The position numbers were made by a program, and so were the translations under genes. This document shows, piece by piece, positions 50,638-63,548 of a stretch of DNA of 64,000 bases. The notes below the pieces were generated by a model. That model was not told the DNA's origin, made no database searches, and saw only the letters and a list, made by a program, of their open reading frames with translations. How positions within the stretch are numbered: position 1 is the stretch's first letter; each line of letters opens with the position of its first letter. The stretch comes from Hamiltosporidium tvaerminnensis FI-OER-3-3 (lineage: Eukaryota > Fungi > Microsporidia), in NCBI GenBank assembly GCA_022605425.2, contig CM061246.1, positions 62,001-126,000 on the forward strand, given 5' to 3'.

Positions 50638-51367
50638 CTTTATTTAAAAGTATCACATCTTTTTTAAAAATTGGCAAGTGTTATATTTGTTTTTATGACA
50701 TTAACGCAGTTCTAGGTTTAACATAAATGACTGGTACCCCAACACTCCATCGGTAACCCCTGCGATACCTACGTCCCAAAGCCTTTCATCTACCAGAAGT
50801 GTAGAACCTAATTAATAGGCGAGGCAGTTGCCCGGTGTTCGTTAATGTCCGTCGCATGGAGTGTGATCGAAGGCCGAAGCCCCCCCTGGGCTCTTCCAAG
50901 ACTATGCAGCATTCCCACTTACTCTACACTTTCCGAACCCAATAAACTTCTAGCTAAGATATATTTCAGAGATTTACATGGGGTCCACCTAGACAGTGCA
51001 ATGTCATACCAACAGGTATAACCTGCTACTTAGCTTTCTTGGCTTTAAATGGTTTTTTGTTTTGTATCTCCCAGGCGCTAAGTCTTCTAACCCGAGTGAG
51101 CAAGACTAGGTTTCCATGCTTTTACATGGCAATTACCTACATGTTCAGCTGGGGTCTGCAATCTGGTTACATAAAAAACTACAAATAAATTTGTAGAAAA
51201 AGTTTCTCCATTTCTTAGACCTCTCCTCTTCATAACAATTCCCATAGAACAACCGAAGATGAAGTGTGGTTTTATTCCCACCAAAAATCCAAACAATGAC
51301 CTCACACCAGTTTCACACACTCATTGCCAAGCAGAAAGTTTTTTATGTGGTTATCCTCCCTCCACAA
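50638..51367 (-). mobile_element. ~730-nt non-autonomous retroposon (SINE-like), copy 2
   Basis: Perfect 13-bp TSD CTATTCGATTGAA at 50625-50637 / 51368-51380. Confidence 0.93.
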
Positions 51368-52419
51368 CTATTCGATTGAATACACATGAAACTATAAAAT
51401 ATTTGTCTATAGTCTGAATTTTAAAAGTTTTTCGTAAAATAAAATTGATAGATCGTAGAGAATAAATTCCAATAAAAAAGCAGTGAAAATGCGAGGAGAA
51501 ATTTTTTTTGCTATTTTTTTGTTGTTAAAGACTCGCTAATTGAAAGCAAAAAAATACAGTGTCAAAATCCAAAATAACTTCGAAAATTTTCTTTTATCGA
51601 AACGATTTGTTTTGTTTTGATAACCTCAATTAATCCGTACACATTCTTCTATATTAAATTCAATGATATGGAAGTAAAATATTTATTTTAGATCATATGC
51701 TAGATGATCTGCAGAATAAAGTTTACTAATTACTTGTGGGGAAATATAACATAGCACGTTACGCTGATCTATGATTTATAAATACTTTTAAGTCAAATAA
51801 AAAAATGAAAAGAAATATAAAACATAGGACATTCTAAAGCGCAGAAAATTCGTCTATTATATCTTAATTATACAGTTTTTGAGTTAGTTTCAATTTTGGT
51901 TAATTCATGAATAAACAAACATCTTATTTTACTAATTCTTATGTTTTTTCGATCTAGAGTATTCATTAGAGGTTAGTTTAAGATACAGGTTACAATTTTT
52001 TCTGTATAAATAATTAAATTTTTTTTAAAAAAAGGTGTATAAAGTTCTGTATCTGATCAGATAGGAGGCCATGAAAGTTTCAAATATGTTAGCTTACGAA
52101 GCGATATATTGATTTGTAGTTTTCTTATTCTAAGTAAATGATGAATTTAAATTGAATAAAGCTGAAATCCCAGACTTTTATAATATCAATAAAATCTAGC
52201 TTAAATCAGATATAGTTGCTCATATCTCGGTTAATATATATTTTAAATTATTTGAAATGGAAAATCTTAAAACTTGAGGGTTTAATGGTTGTACAGAGAT
52301 GAAATTTCAAATTATAACAAACAAATAAATTAAGTGATAGAAAATATTTAGTTTTGGACCTTATTTGAAATAGATTAAGAAAAAAAATTGACCTAAAAGT
52401 TTAGATATGTTTTTTCTAT

Positions 52420-52523
52420 TTTATTCAATAAACTTCTGGGTTAAAACGATTTTCATAGTTATATATATTTTCTTCTTCCAAATCTGACTCCTCATTATGT
52501 TTATTGTCGGTTCCTTTAAAGTA
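52420..52523 (-). mobile_element. ~100-bp 3'-terminal fragment of the R4-like LINE
   Basis: TTCTGGGTTAAAA..TTCTTCCAAATCTGACTC..GTCGGTTCC matches 55081-55210. Confidence 0.7.
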
Positions 52524-52769
52524 GTTTGAATAATCGAGTAATATGATATTTATATGTTTTAATATCAACAATGTTAATAACTCTAAATATTCTCTGCTTA
52601 TTTTAAATTACACAAATGAAATGAAAGGCTTTTTTAATTTAAATTGATCTAATTTAAAGTATATTTGTTATTTTTGAAAATAAAGTGAATTTCAACGGTG
52701 AAGTATTGCACAGAAATGAATTCTGAATGCAGTAATTTTTTAAAAACAGAAATTTATTAAATTTTTTAA

Positions 52770-54944
52770 TTAAATTAATATTAGTATTAGGAATATTGTG
52801 CTAAGAAAAAGTAATGAGAAAGAAAGCTCATCACTTTTTTCTTTGGTGGATTTGAGTTTCTTTGTTACATCTTTGCAATCTGACTGTTTATTCTTTTTCA
52901 TTTCTTCGGCTTCTGATTTGATAAAATTTTGAACATTTACATCTACGTCTTCTGATTCAGTTCTAAAAAAATATTCCAATTGTGAGACATTTTTATAAAG
53001 TTCTAGTGCTTTTGATTTTTCTAAGGAAAAAATATTATTTTTTATTTTTTCGAGATATCTTTTAAGTTTAAAAATAATATCGTAATAAACATTTTTATCT
53101 ACTTTATTATCCATCAAAGTATCAAAATCAGATTCAATAAATTTAAATTTTCGTAAAAGATTGTCAAAAACATTTATTTTCTGTAGTGATTTGTTATCTA
53201 AACTACTTTGAATAAAAGTTTCGATATTTGCGGCTACTTTTTTCTCGTAATCAGCTATTGATTTGAATTGATTTTGAATAAATTCTACTTGTTTACTTGG
53301 ATCTGAATTCTTTACTCCTAGATTGGATTCTAAGAGTGCAACCAGACCATCGATCTTAAAGTTAAAATCTTCTTTACATTGTGGTATATTTTTTGTTTCA
53401 ATATCTTTTGATATTACTTGTGAGTAGATTAATGTTGGTATTCCAAAGAAGATATCCCCGATTAAGAAAATTATTAAAATTATCTTAAATATGAAAATTA
53501 AATCGTAAAACTGACATATTGTAAGTATAAATATGAGGAAAACGCATATTCCTTGAACGACCAAGTAAGATTCCATATAAAAATAAAAATCATCGACCGA
53601 ATTATTTTCTTTTTTTGAAGTCTTCTCAGAATAATCTTCCATTTTGCTTTTTATTGAACTGAGGAATGAATTGAAACCTAACAATGGATTGACATCAGGA
53701 TCATTCATAGGTAAATCTGATAGGGTTTCTTTCTTTAAGTTATATTCCACTATTTTGTTGCTCTTAGTTGACTCATCGGTACTTTGGGTTTCATTTCCTG
53801 ATTTTGGCTCAATTTCATTCTTTGTTACGATCTTCTTTTCATTTCCTAAAAATCCAAAATTTTTGTAAATTTCATTTTTCATTTCGGTCATTTCATAAAT
53901 ATAAAGATCAAGCGAAATATCTATAGAAATGAGTTCTTTTTCTATCTTTTTAGATTCTTTAGTAAAATTTTCAAATTCTTTTTCGAATAAATAAACGTCA
54001 TATTCTGTTTCGGACTTTCTTTTCTCAAGATCGGTTTTATATTTATATAGTTCTAAATCAGTATTTCGTTTAAATTCAATGTTCTTTTCTATTTTTTCAA
54101 AATATTTTGTTTTACGATCTTTAGTATCTAATGATTTGTCAAAGGAGATAATTGTATGGTTCCCATTTTTCTGATCCATATTTGATTCCGTATTATTGGT
54201 AGAATTAGTAGATTTTGAATTCGTATTTGTATCGTTTTGGTTTTTAGAATTCGAAAAAAAGTTTTTACGCAGAAGATTATGTCCTTTACTATAAAGTCCT
54301 GTTTCCTTAAACATATTCGTTATTCCTTTAACAAATTTACCGCGCAAAATACTATTTTTGGTGTTTTCCTTTACCTCTGGAATCAGTTTCGTTGGTGAGT
54401 CGTAGAATTTAGAACCATTATCGTCCAAATAATGTTCTTTTTTAAATATAGGATTTATCTGTGTGTCCATGTTCTTACCATCCATCGTTTTAGTTGTATC
54501 TTCACCATTTTTTGTTATCGAAATACCTTCTACCATTTTCTGATCATTTTCTTTATCATGTGAAAACAAAGAAACAAGATAAAACAAACTATTCTTTTTT
54601 TTAGGTTCTTCATTTGAAATACTCTCCGGGTTCTTTCCTGAAATGAGTATTTCTCTTGTATCTATCGATCTTTGAAGACAAAAAGCCGTAAAAAGTAAAA
54701 TTGCACCAACAATATATAAAAAGAAATTTCCAAAAAAATATCTTCGCCTAAAAATCCCAACAAAAAAAGCAAAAAAACATACAAGTGAACAGAATATAAT
54801 CAATAAAAAGAATCTGTTATTAGATAGAAACAGGTACTTTATAGTTGCTCTCATATCCCCATTGAACTCAAAGAACTCTGGATTTCCCAATATAAATTTT
54901 CTAAATGATTCGGCTATCGACATTGTTTTTATAATTCTATACAT
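52770..54944 (-). CDS. Hypothetical multi-pass membrane protein with coiled-coil regions
   Basis: 724-aa ORF; hydrophobic pairs near aa 45-90 and 460-510, plus a C-terminal TM segment. Confidence 0.75.
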   Translation of the reverse strand: MYRIIKTMSIAESFRKFILGNPEFFEFNGDMRATIKYLFLSNNRFFLLIIFCSLVCFFAFFVGIFRRRYFFGNFFLYIVGAILLFTAFCLQRSIDTREILISGKNPESISNEEPKKKNSLFYLVSLFSHDKENDQKMVEGISITKNGEDTTKTMDGKNMDTQINPIFKKEHYLDDNGSKFYDSPTKLIPEVKENTKNSILRGKFVKGITNMFKETGLYSKGHNLLRKNFFSNSKNQNDTNTNSKSTNSTNNTESNMDQKNGNHTIISFDKSLDTKDRKTKYFEKIEKNIEFKRNTDLELYKYKTDLEKRKSETEYDVYLFEKEFENFTKESKKIEKELISIDISLDLYIYEMTEMKNEIYKNFGFLGNEKKIVTKNEIEPKSGNETQSTDESTKSNKIVEYNLKKETLSDLPMNDPDVNPLLGFNSFLSSIKSKMEDYSEKTSKKENNSVDDFYFYMESYLVVQGICVFLIFILTICQFYDLIFIFKIILIIFLIGDIFFGIPTLIYSQVISKDIETKNIPQCKEDFNFKIDGLVALLESNLGVKNSDPSKQVEFIQNQFKSIADYEKKVAANIETFIQSSLDNKSLQKINVFDNLLRKFKFIESDFDTLMDNKVDKNVYYDIIFKLKRYLEKIKNNIFSLEKSKALELYKNVSQLEYFFRTESEDVDVNVQNFIKSEAEEMKKNKQSDCKDVTKKLKSTKEKSDELSFSLLFLSTIFLILILI

Positions 54945-55080
54945 TTTTATATGTTTTGTTTCATATTTTAGACGGTTAAAACGTTCCGTTACATATCATG
55001 TTTCAGATTAGGATTAATGTTTTGGCCTCAAATTTTTTATTTTTTCTGAAATATACAATATATGAATTATAATTAAACAT

Positions 55081-58000
55081 TATTTAATAAAATTCTGGGT
55101 TAAAATATTTTTTAACGTTTTTATATGCTTTCTTCTACCTCTTTAACCACTATTTTCTCTTCTTCCAAATCCGACTCTTCATTTATGTTATTGGTCGGTT
55201 CCTCTAAAGTGGCTCCTCCTTGTGAAATAAGGGGTGTGTTATTTTTTGGTTTTAAAATTTTAACACCATCTTCCTCTCTTTTCGCTTCTTTTAAAGGGGG
55301 TATTGGTTCCTCATGCATCTCTGATCTCATAATAACACCCATTGACGCTCTCTCCCAGCTCTCTTCGGCATTTAGTCCTGACTCAAGTCCTCTTCGTCGA
55401 TCAAAGGAAATTGTTTCGACTGTTTTCTTAAGTACTATAGACTGAATGTATGCCTCTACATTCATGGGTATTTCTAGTCTTTTAAGATGAGATTTATGGT
55501 ATTTTGTCACAATACCGTCCCAGGTCATCACATAAGGGATTATCTCAACACTACACCTATAAATAAGACCCAACTCATTGGCTAGCAGGTCATACTTCCT
55601 AAGTTTTTCAGTTTAGACTATTTGAAGTGAATCTTGGGAAGTGATTCCTACTTCAATGAGTGTTATCTTATTCTTCTTCTTATCTAAAATAAATATGTCC
55701 GGTCTGTTATTCCGAATTTTAACATCAGTTTTAATTCTGGTGTCCACTCTTATCTCTGCGTACTCATTATCAAGAATTTCTTGAACTGAGTGACTCCTTA
55801 TTCGTTTTGAAGACTTAAACTTATATCTATTTAGGAGAAGTAGGTGTAGGCATCTAACCACTTCATTATGTCGTCTAGTGTAATCATGGCCTAGCATTTT
55901 TTCACATCGAGTTGCTAGATGATCTACAGTCTTACCAGACTTCCAACAATGTTGACACACACCATCTGCTCCCCAGAATACATTTCTATCCTGGATATAG
56001 CAGAACACAGCTTCATTTCGTGGCCTAATATTTCCTCTCTTTAGCCATCTTGAAGAGTCACTAACACTCACAAGCTCATTTTTCCTTGCATTATATAATT
56101 TTAAATGGAGTTTTTGTTTTTCTATTTCGTTATATAGTTTTGCAAGTTGAGCTTCTTCTAAACTTTTCTTAGTGACTTCTTCTACCAACCTGTACTTTAC
56201 TTTTAAGAAGCCTTTTATTAGTGCAAGATGGGTTTTATTATCATTCTCAACCTTAAGTTTCTGCTCTTCTGGTCGATGTTTCTTTAGATTTTTCCAGACA
56301 ATCCAAGAGTTGCAGAAGCATATGGTCGCTTCACAACTCAACACTATGTAGGCCTCTTCCAAGTTCTTTCTAGGAAGGTATAAACGCTCTTTACATCCTG
56401 GGCGGAGATGTATCTTATTCTTTACCAACACCGCACGCACTGCATCATCTAACTTAGAGAAGTCGCCAGGTTCAAGTCGAAGTACACCTATATGATAGTT
56501 TATTAGAGATATCGCATGTTGATTATTAGCTTGAAATAAATTTCTTGCATTTAATCTCGTGCGGCACAGTCTCTCTACCCTCGCTATCAGTTTGGTTTGT
56601 ACTTCCTCAAACGACTTACGTGTTGGAATTCCTCTGCTATCTTTTATTATTCCGAGGTATTTGTAAACACCTATTCCTTCAAGAAGAGTAGCAGTATTCT
56701 CACAACACGAATCATTTGTGGCTGACTTCTCTCTGTTTATTTCTAATCCTATATTTTTCATAAACATTTTTACCTCCTCCGTCATCTTTTCAAGCGTTGT
56801 TCCATCTTTGGCAAGGAGCTTAAGATCATCAATGAACAAGAGATGATTGGTAGAGTGGGATGCATCCTCCGTTTGTATTCTCACTTTTGTGTATTTTTCA
56901 TTAAGCTTTCGGCTCAATGGTCTATACACAATACAAATAACAAAGGGCACAAACTATCCCCTTGTAGAATCCCTCTATCAATCTTCTTGCTCAGTATTTT
57001 TTCAGGCCCTACTGATATATCAATTTTCCATTTTGATATAATTACCTTAATAAATTTCAGGATCCAATCAGGTAAATTAAGGTTTTCAATGCATTGAGTT
57101 AAATAAGCATGATCTATTGAATCATAAGCTTTTTTAACATCAATCCATGTTGCCTTAAGATTGTTTCCATACTCTTTATTTAAGTCAATATTCAGTAGAG
57201 CCTGCTCTTTCGCTCCCTGCACACCTCTTACCGCCCCTAATTGGTTCTCTGCAAGCAACCCTCGCCTTTCCACTTCAATTTGAACGACTTTCGTAGCACA
57301 CTTTGTCGTTAGCTTGTAGAGGTTTGACATACAAGTGATTGGCCTGTAGTCAGAGCCTCTTTGTGGAATTCCTTTCGGTATCAAATACGTAAGCCCGCAG
57401 TAAAACCAATCAGCTTGAGTTGTTCCTTCTAAACATATAACTTTCACAATATCATAAATATATTTGTGAAGAGTTGTAAGTTTCTTAATGAAAAAATTGT
57501 AAATACCATCAATTCCAGCAGCTTTCCAATTGGGGAGCCAATTAAGGATATTTACAAATTCATCAAGTGAAGGAAACGTGGTCGGATGATTATCTGATAC
57601 AAATGGAATCAAATAATCATCATACGTGACTGTGTCATCATTTTTGTTCCACATTGTAGACCAAAAACTCACAATTTCATCACGACTCCCTAAATGCTCG
57701 GATTCTACACGCTCAGATAACCCACGATAAAATCGACCTCGGAAAAGCTCAAACATACGATTCTCTTTTCGGAATTGCTTCCTACTTTCATGCATCGTAA
57801 TTTTTTTCTCGTAAACATTCAAAGACTCATTCTTCTTAACTAAAGCCTCAGAAAGATCAGTTACGCTGCTCAAGTTTAAATTAAACTCTCGCATGATTTT
57901 CTTAAGGCTCTTCGTTTCCGAAGTGGAGAGCTTTTCCTGCTTACGAGCTTTCTCGAGGAGATCTTTGGAAAGTACTAACTTAGAAATTTTATTTTCTATG

Positions 58001-58886
58001 TTTTCCTTCCAAGCGGATCTAGGCTTCTCTTTACGTGTTGCCTCGTCATAGCATACCTGCGCAGCTTGCATGATATACGCGGCTTCCGTAATTGACTCAG
58101 GTACATGAGCTCCTGCATATTCACCGACTACTCGATTAATGAGATCCAGAACTTTACTATCAACCAATTCATTTGGATGTTTTCTAGTTCGGACCACCAC
58201 TTTTCCAATTTCGTTCTCAGAGATTTCTTTGATTTTACTCAAGAATTTATCTCTCAGGTTTATGTACTCCGTGGTGTCGGTCAAGGTGCATGTATCAGCG
58301 AGACAAGTGGCGATTCTACGTCGCTCTCCATTCTCTTCTGATTTTACTTCCTTTCCCCTCTCACTTTGTGCCAATTTTTTTAACACTTCGAGAGTTTCAG
58401 TGCAGCCGAATTTCTCATTATAGTACCTGTGAAGCTCTGTCCAGCCATTTCTTGGCATTCTTTCAAACCTTGTCTGTACTGCAAAAAAAACAATTCGAGG
58501 CCATTCCTTCGGGTCGGCTGTTACGGAATCGAATATCGTCTGCAATGCCATTAGCCTGTTACCTTCCGGAATAGCTAGAGTACAGGGGCTTGTCATGTCG
58601 TACGATGGCTCGCACGCAGAGACTTCAACCGAACAGGGAACTGGTGCATTAGGCGAAGGTAAGGTGTCAAGCCCACTATTTTGCATTTTACTGCATGTTT
58701 GGCTTGGTGGTGGAGGTGTTATTGTTGTGTAGGAGGAGGAAGGTAGGGAAATCGCCGGTGGGTGTAGCTTACATTTTTGTACCTCACTATCACTCTTTTT
58801 CACCTCATCAGCGTCGTTTGCAGCCTTTATTTTGGTATTTTTCAGTATTTCGCTGCTAACATTTTTCTTTCTACCCATTGAAAAAA
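55081..58886 (-). mobile_element. Near-intact R4/Dong-like RLE non-LTR retrotransposon (single ORF 58878 to 55121 with a few frameshifts)
   Basis: RT motifs YRPITC, QLG, WIDVKKAYDS, GILQGDSL, LFIDDL, YKYLG; CCHC knuckle; RHN; PD-(D/E)xK RLE; 12-bp TSD ATAATTAAACAT at 55069-55080 / 58887-58898. Confidence 0.95.
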
Positions 58887-60473
58887 ATAATTAAACATAA
58901 GAAGTAATTTGAATTAATTTTGATATTTAATTATTCATCACGAACTAATTAACATTAAAATTACCAACACTGAAGTAAAACGTTATAATAAAAATATAAT
59001 TTTAAAGTAAATAACTATTACGAATATGCTTCCATACAAAATTTTAATATTCATATATTCATTTTTTCAAAAAACTTGTTTAAATTTTGAAGAAATAATT
59101 CTAAACATTGAAACTTAGAGAATTAAAAACTAAGGTAAAGAAAATATGCTTCATAATAGCTGAAAAATTAAACATTACAATACAGATTAACAAAACTAGA
59201 TAGCTCTGCTTTGTGATTTAAGAATTGTAATATAATTCTTACATTGATATATTGGAAATAATGATCTTTTATTTTCAAATGATAAATTTAATATATAAAA
59301 AAAACTTATTTATAGCTTTTAACAAATAAAATTTGATACTTGTACTTATTATAAGCTTAAATAGAGAAAAAAAATATGACATTAAAAGGTCGATTTCGCT
59401 TTTATATGAAAAATCAACATCGAAAACCTATATTTGCTGTATAAATCACCTAATGTATTGATAAGCTCAATATAGCTCTAAACGGTATGAAAAAAACAAG
59501 TCAATGAAGAAAATAAGTAATTTTTTAAATTAATAAACCAGAATTTTCGTTTTAAAAAAATATGAGTAGACATATGTTCGATTCAATATATTTTTTTATA
59601 TAATTTAGTGAAGTAGTTTCAAAACTAAATTTTTATTTAGTATAATGGCTTAAAAATTAAGTTATACAGGCTTATTACGTTTAAATCTTAAATAAATAAG
59701 AAATGGTTTCTTAATAATATATCCAAAGAATCTTACCTTAATCAGAATAAAAACAGGTTTAAGATTTACAGTGAAATATTCAATTGATCGTGATAAGTAG
59801 GAACCCAAAGTATAAACCGTAACATTAAGAATTGGAGACAGAAACATATTTTATAATTTGGGATGTAAAACTCATTTGATGTTTGATAAAGCTGTAAGAG
59901 ATTAACCCAATCTATAGTTATTTTTAAACATTCAAAGGATATCTGAAATGAATTATTACGATGTATTATATGATTTATACTTAAAAATTACAAGTACTGA
60001 TAGTACTAAAGGTGTTTTATACTTATAAAGTTGTTAAATTTTTCTTTGGGTTGTAAAAAAGCATCATAATCATGAAAATGCGACAATTATATTAAAAACG
60101 AGATATAATCATACAATAAATTGTATGAGTTTTCCATTAAAATAATATTTGTTTCGACATAATATAATCTACTTGAGCTTAAAAGTTAAATAAAGCAAAT
60201 GATTCAGCGTCATTTCTTTTAAAAACTGAAGCTAAAGTTTAGATTTGAAATTTTTAAGCAACTCAAATCTACTGAAAATATTAGAAAAAAATAAAAAGTG
60301 GAAGTTTCAAAATAGAAGATTTTTCTTTATTTTAATACAATTGTATTACAAAAACATTTAAAAACCGATTTAAATTTAAATGAATTATTCCTTTTAAAAT
60401 ACAATCTCTTATAAAATCTTACTTTTATAAAAATAATTTAAAAAATTCAGAATCAAGAAAGTAACCCTTAAAA

Positions 60474-61085
60474 ATGGATCCCGAATACAAATATTTGTTT
60501 AAAGTCATACTTATAGGTGACAGTGGTGTTGGTAAAACATGTCTAATAAATAGATACACAGATAATGTTTACCATACAAATTACATCAGTACAATAGGTG
60601 TAGATTTTAAAATAAAGACACTAAAAATTGCAAACGAGGTATCTAAATTACAAATATGGGACACTGCTGGACAAGAAAGATTCAGAACAATAACCAGTAG
60701 TTATTATAGAGGTGCACATGGAATAATAATAGTTTTTGATATGACAGATCTTCAAAGTTTTAAAAATGTAAAAGATTGGCTTTTTGAAATCAGAAGACAT
60801 GCATCAGAAGATGTAGAAATTATTGTTTTGGGCAATAAAGTAGATTTAAAAGATTTTCTTAAAGTAACAAGAGAAGATGTTAATATTATGTTAAAAAATA
60901 ATAATTTAAAAGAAGAATGTTTTTGGGAAGTGAGTGCTAAAGAAAATATTGCAGTACAAAATGTCTTTGAAAAACTAACGCAAATATTAATTGAAAAAAA
61001 TAAAAAAATAGGGTACAGTAAAGATATTGATAAGGAACTTATTGATCTTACTTCGAATACAGAGAGAGGATCTAGATGTTGTTAA
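60474..61085 (+). CDS. YPT1: Rab1/Ypt1 GTPase
   Basis: [46 protein letters not shown]-terminal CC. Confidence 0.93.
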   Translation: MDPEYKYLFKVILIGDSGVGKTCLINRYTDNVYHTNYISTIGVDFKIKTLKIANEVSKLQIWDTAGQERFRTITSSYYRGAHGIIIVFDMTDLQSFKNVKDWLFEIRRHASEDVEIIVLGNKVDLKDFLKVTREDVNIMLKNNNLKEECFWEVSAKENIAVQNVFEKLTQILIEKNKKIGYSKDIDKELIDLTSNTERGSRCC

Positions 61086-61733
61086 TAAATGTTGTGATGG
61101 ATTTTTATTTAATTATTTTGTTTAACTATTTTTTTTTTGAAACTGAAATCCTAGAGTCTATTATTTTGTTTGATTTATGTTCTCTAAAGTCAGATTTTAT
61201 AAAATTGTAAATTCTTATAATTTTTAAATTTTGAAACTTTAAAGTTTTTATTTGGTTATGTCTTGGTCTTTAGAATCATTTTTTTTCAATTGATTTTGAT
61301 CAAAAATGCTTCTGATATAAATTATTTAATTTCTTTTATTCAGACCGAATTTATTTGACTCTTTATTTTAAGTCAAATGGTCTAAAATTTTTATTATATT
61401 TGTGGATAGTAAAATTCATTTATAATTGTAAGTAATTTTTTTTGTTTAATTAATATATCAAGGGATAGAGTTGATATATTCCTAGGATTAAGAAAGATGA
61501 TTTTACTGATAAATATTAATTATTACCAAATTATAAGCTCACGGGCTTTAATTCTGGTTAAAATGTAAATTTTGTTTGTGTAAATCCATTATAGAAATAT
61601 TTGGTTTTTTTTAAATGATTTTGATTGATTTTTGAAATTAGAAATTGTTTGTTACAAATACAATTCAATTTAATTAAAGTGACAGAATTAATCTAACTAT
61701 GTACAGAAATATTTTTTTATTATTTTTTAAAAT

Positions 61734-62457
61734 CGCTGTGGAGGGGGTATAACCACATAAAAAAACTATCTGCTTGGCAATGAGTATATGAGATTGATAT
61801 ATAAAATCATTGTTTGGATTTTTGGTGGGAATAAAACCACGCTACATCTTCGGCTGCTCCAAGGAAGTTTGTATGAGGAGGAGAAGATCTATGAAATGGC
61901 TAAACTAATTCTACAAATTTATTTGTTGTTTTTTATATAACTAGATTGCAGACGACAGTTGAACATGTAGGTAATTGCCGTGTAAAAGCATGGAAACCTA
62001 GCCTTGCGCACTCGATTTAGAAGACTTAACGCTTGAGAGATATAAAAATAAAACCCTTTGAAGCAGGAAAAGCTAAGTAGCAGGTTATACCTGTTGGTAT
62101 GACATTGCACTGTCTAGGTGAAACCCATGTAAGTCTCCGAAATATATCTTATATGAAGCTTATCGGTTTCGAAAATGTAGAATAAATGGTACTGAGCATA
62201 GTCTTGGTAAACTCAAGTGAGTTTTTAACTAGGATTACACTTCATGTAACTGACATTAACGAACTCTGGACACCTGAACCGCTCATTGAGTTGGTTCCAT
62301 ACGTACAGATGAAAGGCTTCGAGATTTAGGTATCTTAGGGGTACTAATAGAGTGCTGGGGCTGCTATTAGATGTAAACCCGAAACTGCGTAATGTCATGA
62401 AAACAAAAATAACTTATGTCACTGTTTTAAAAAGATGTGATATTTTTATATAAAGTC
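61734..62457 (+). mobile_element. ~730-nt retroposon, older diverged copy 3
   Basis: Collinear with the reverse complement of copies 1 and 2; 15-bp TSD ATTATTTTTT(A/G)AAAT at 61719-61733 / 62458-62472. Confidence 0.88.
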
Positions 62458-62754
62458 ATTATTTTTTGAAATAGAAAACCTTTGTATTAAAATAATTCAA
62501 ACATGTTTAGGATTCAGTAAAGACATTAAATATGTAACTGATATACATTCTAACTTGATTTTTATATGACATGAACATTCTCTTATTTTAATGTAAGAGG
62601 ACGGTTTGGTAATATTTTAGTTCTAGTAAAACCGGTTTGAATTTAAGAATTGCCGTATATTACATATGAACATATTTTAAGAAAATGTGTTAAATCTTTT
62701 TCTTATAAATATTTACACAGTTTAAGTTAATCCAATTTTATATTTTTAAAACGA

Positions 62755-62900
62755 ATTAGGAGTCACTCTGTTCAATAAATTCTTGAAAATGAATATGTGA
62801 AATAAAAGTAAAAACCAGGTTAAAAACTGATGTCAAGATTCGGAATAATATACTAAATGAATTTATTTTAGATAAAAAATTATAATTGAAAGCACTCATC
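62755..62900 (+). mobile_element. Small R4-like LINE relic (RLE region)
   Basis: AGGAGTCACTC..ATTCTTGAAAATGAATATG..AAAACTGATGTCAAGATTCGGAATAA. Confidence 0.65.
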
Positions 62901-63548
62901 GGAATAAAAATAGTTCTTTAGTTGATATTTAAGTCAAATTTCCAAAGCTGAAAATTTGAGAGGAACACTATGGCAAATCTCTTTTGTCTTATCCTTGATT
63001 ATTTTTCTAATACTTCTTATGAGATAAGCATATATGGTAATACTACTAATAGCATAAAATGCATCTTAAGGAACTTTATTATCATACAGAATAGAGATAT
63101 ACATATAAAAGATAATATTTAAATAAATAAATAAATTCGATTATTTCAATCGAAGAAAGGAAATTTTATAATCAGCATAACCGAAGATTTTGAAGGATAA
63201 GGAAATTATTCATTTAAAATTTGTGGGATAAGAATGTTTTCTAACTAAATATTTACAGGACCAGTAAAGAATCAAAATTCCTTCAACATAGAAAGTAACT
63301 ATAGCTTATGAAACTTCTAGAAATAATATGACAAAAAACAAACCTAAAAAATATTAATTTTAAGAACTACAAGACAGAGAAATAAAGTTCGTAAAAGTGT
63401 GAAACCACGGAAAACCATTTATATACAAAACTATTATATATATAAAATAATTTGGTATTATTTAATTTCTTTTTAATTTTTGTTTAGTCTAGAACTTTTA
63501 AGTGGGTTTTAATTTGGTTTTAATCATAAAGGTTGCCACCCTTTAAAA

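Noticed and set aside
51087-51320. 77-aa ORF in the ~730-nt element (also 38964-39155, and 61919-62110 on the opposite element strand)
   Set aside because: Start and frame are not conserved among copies; no protein motif
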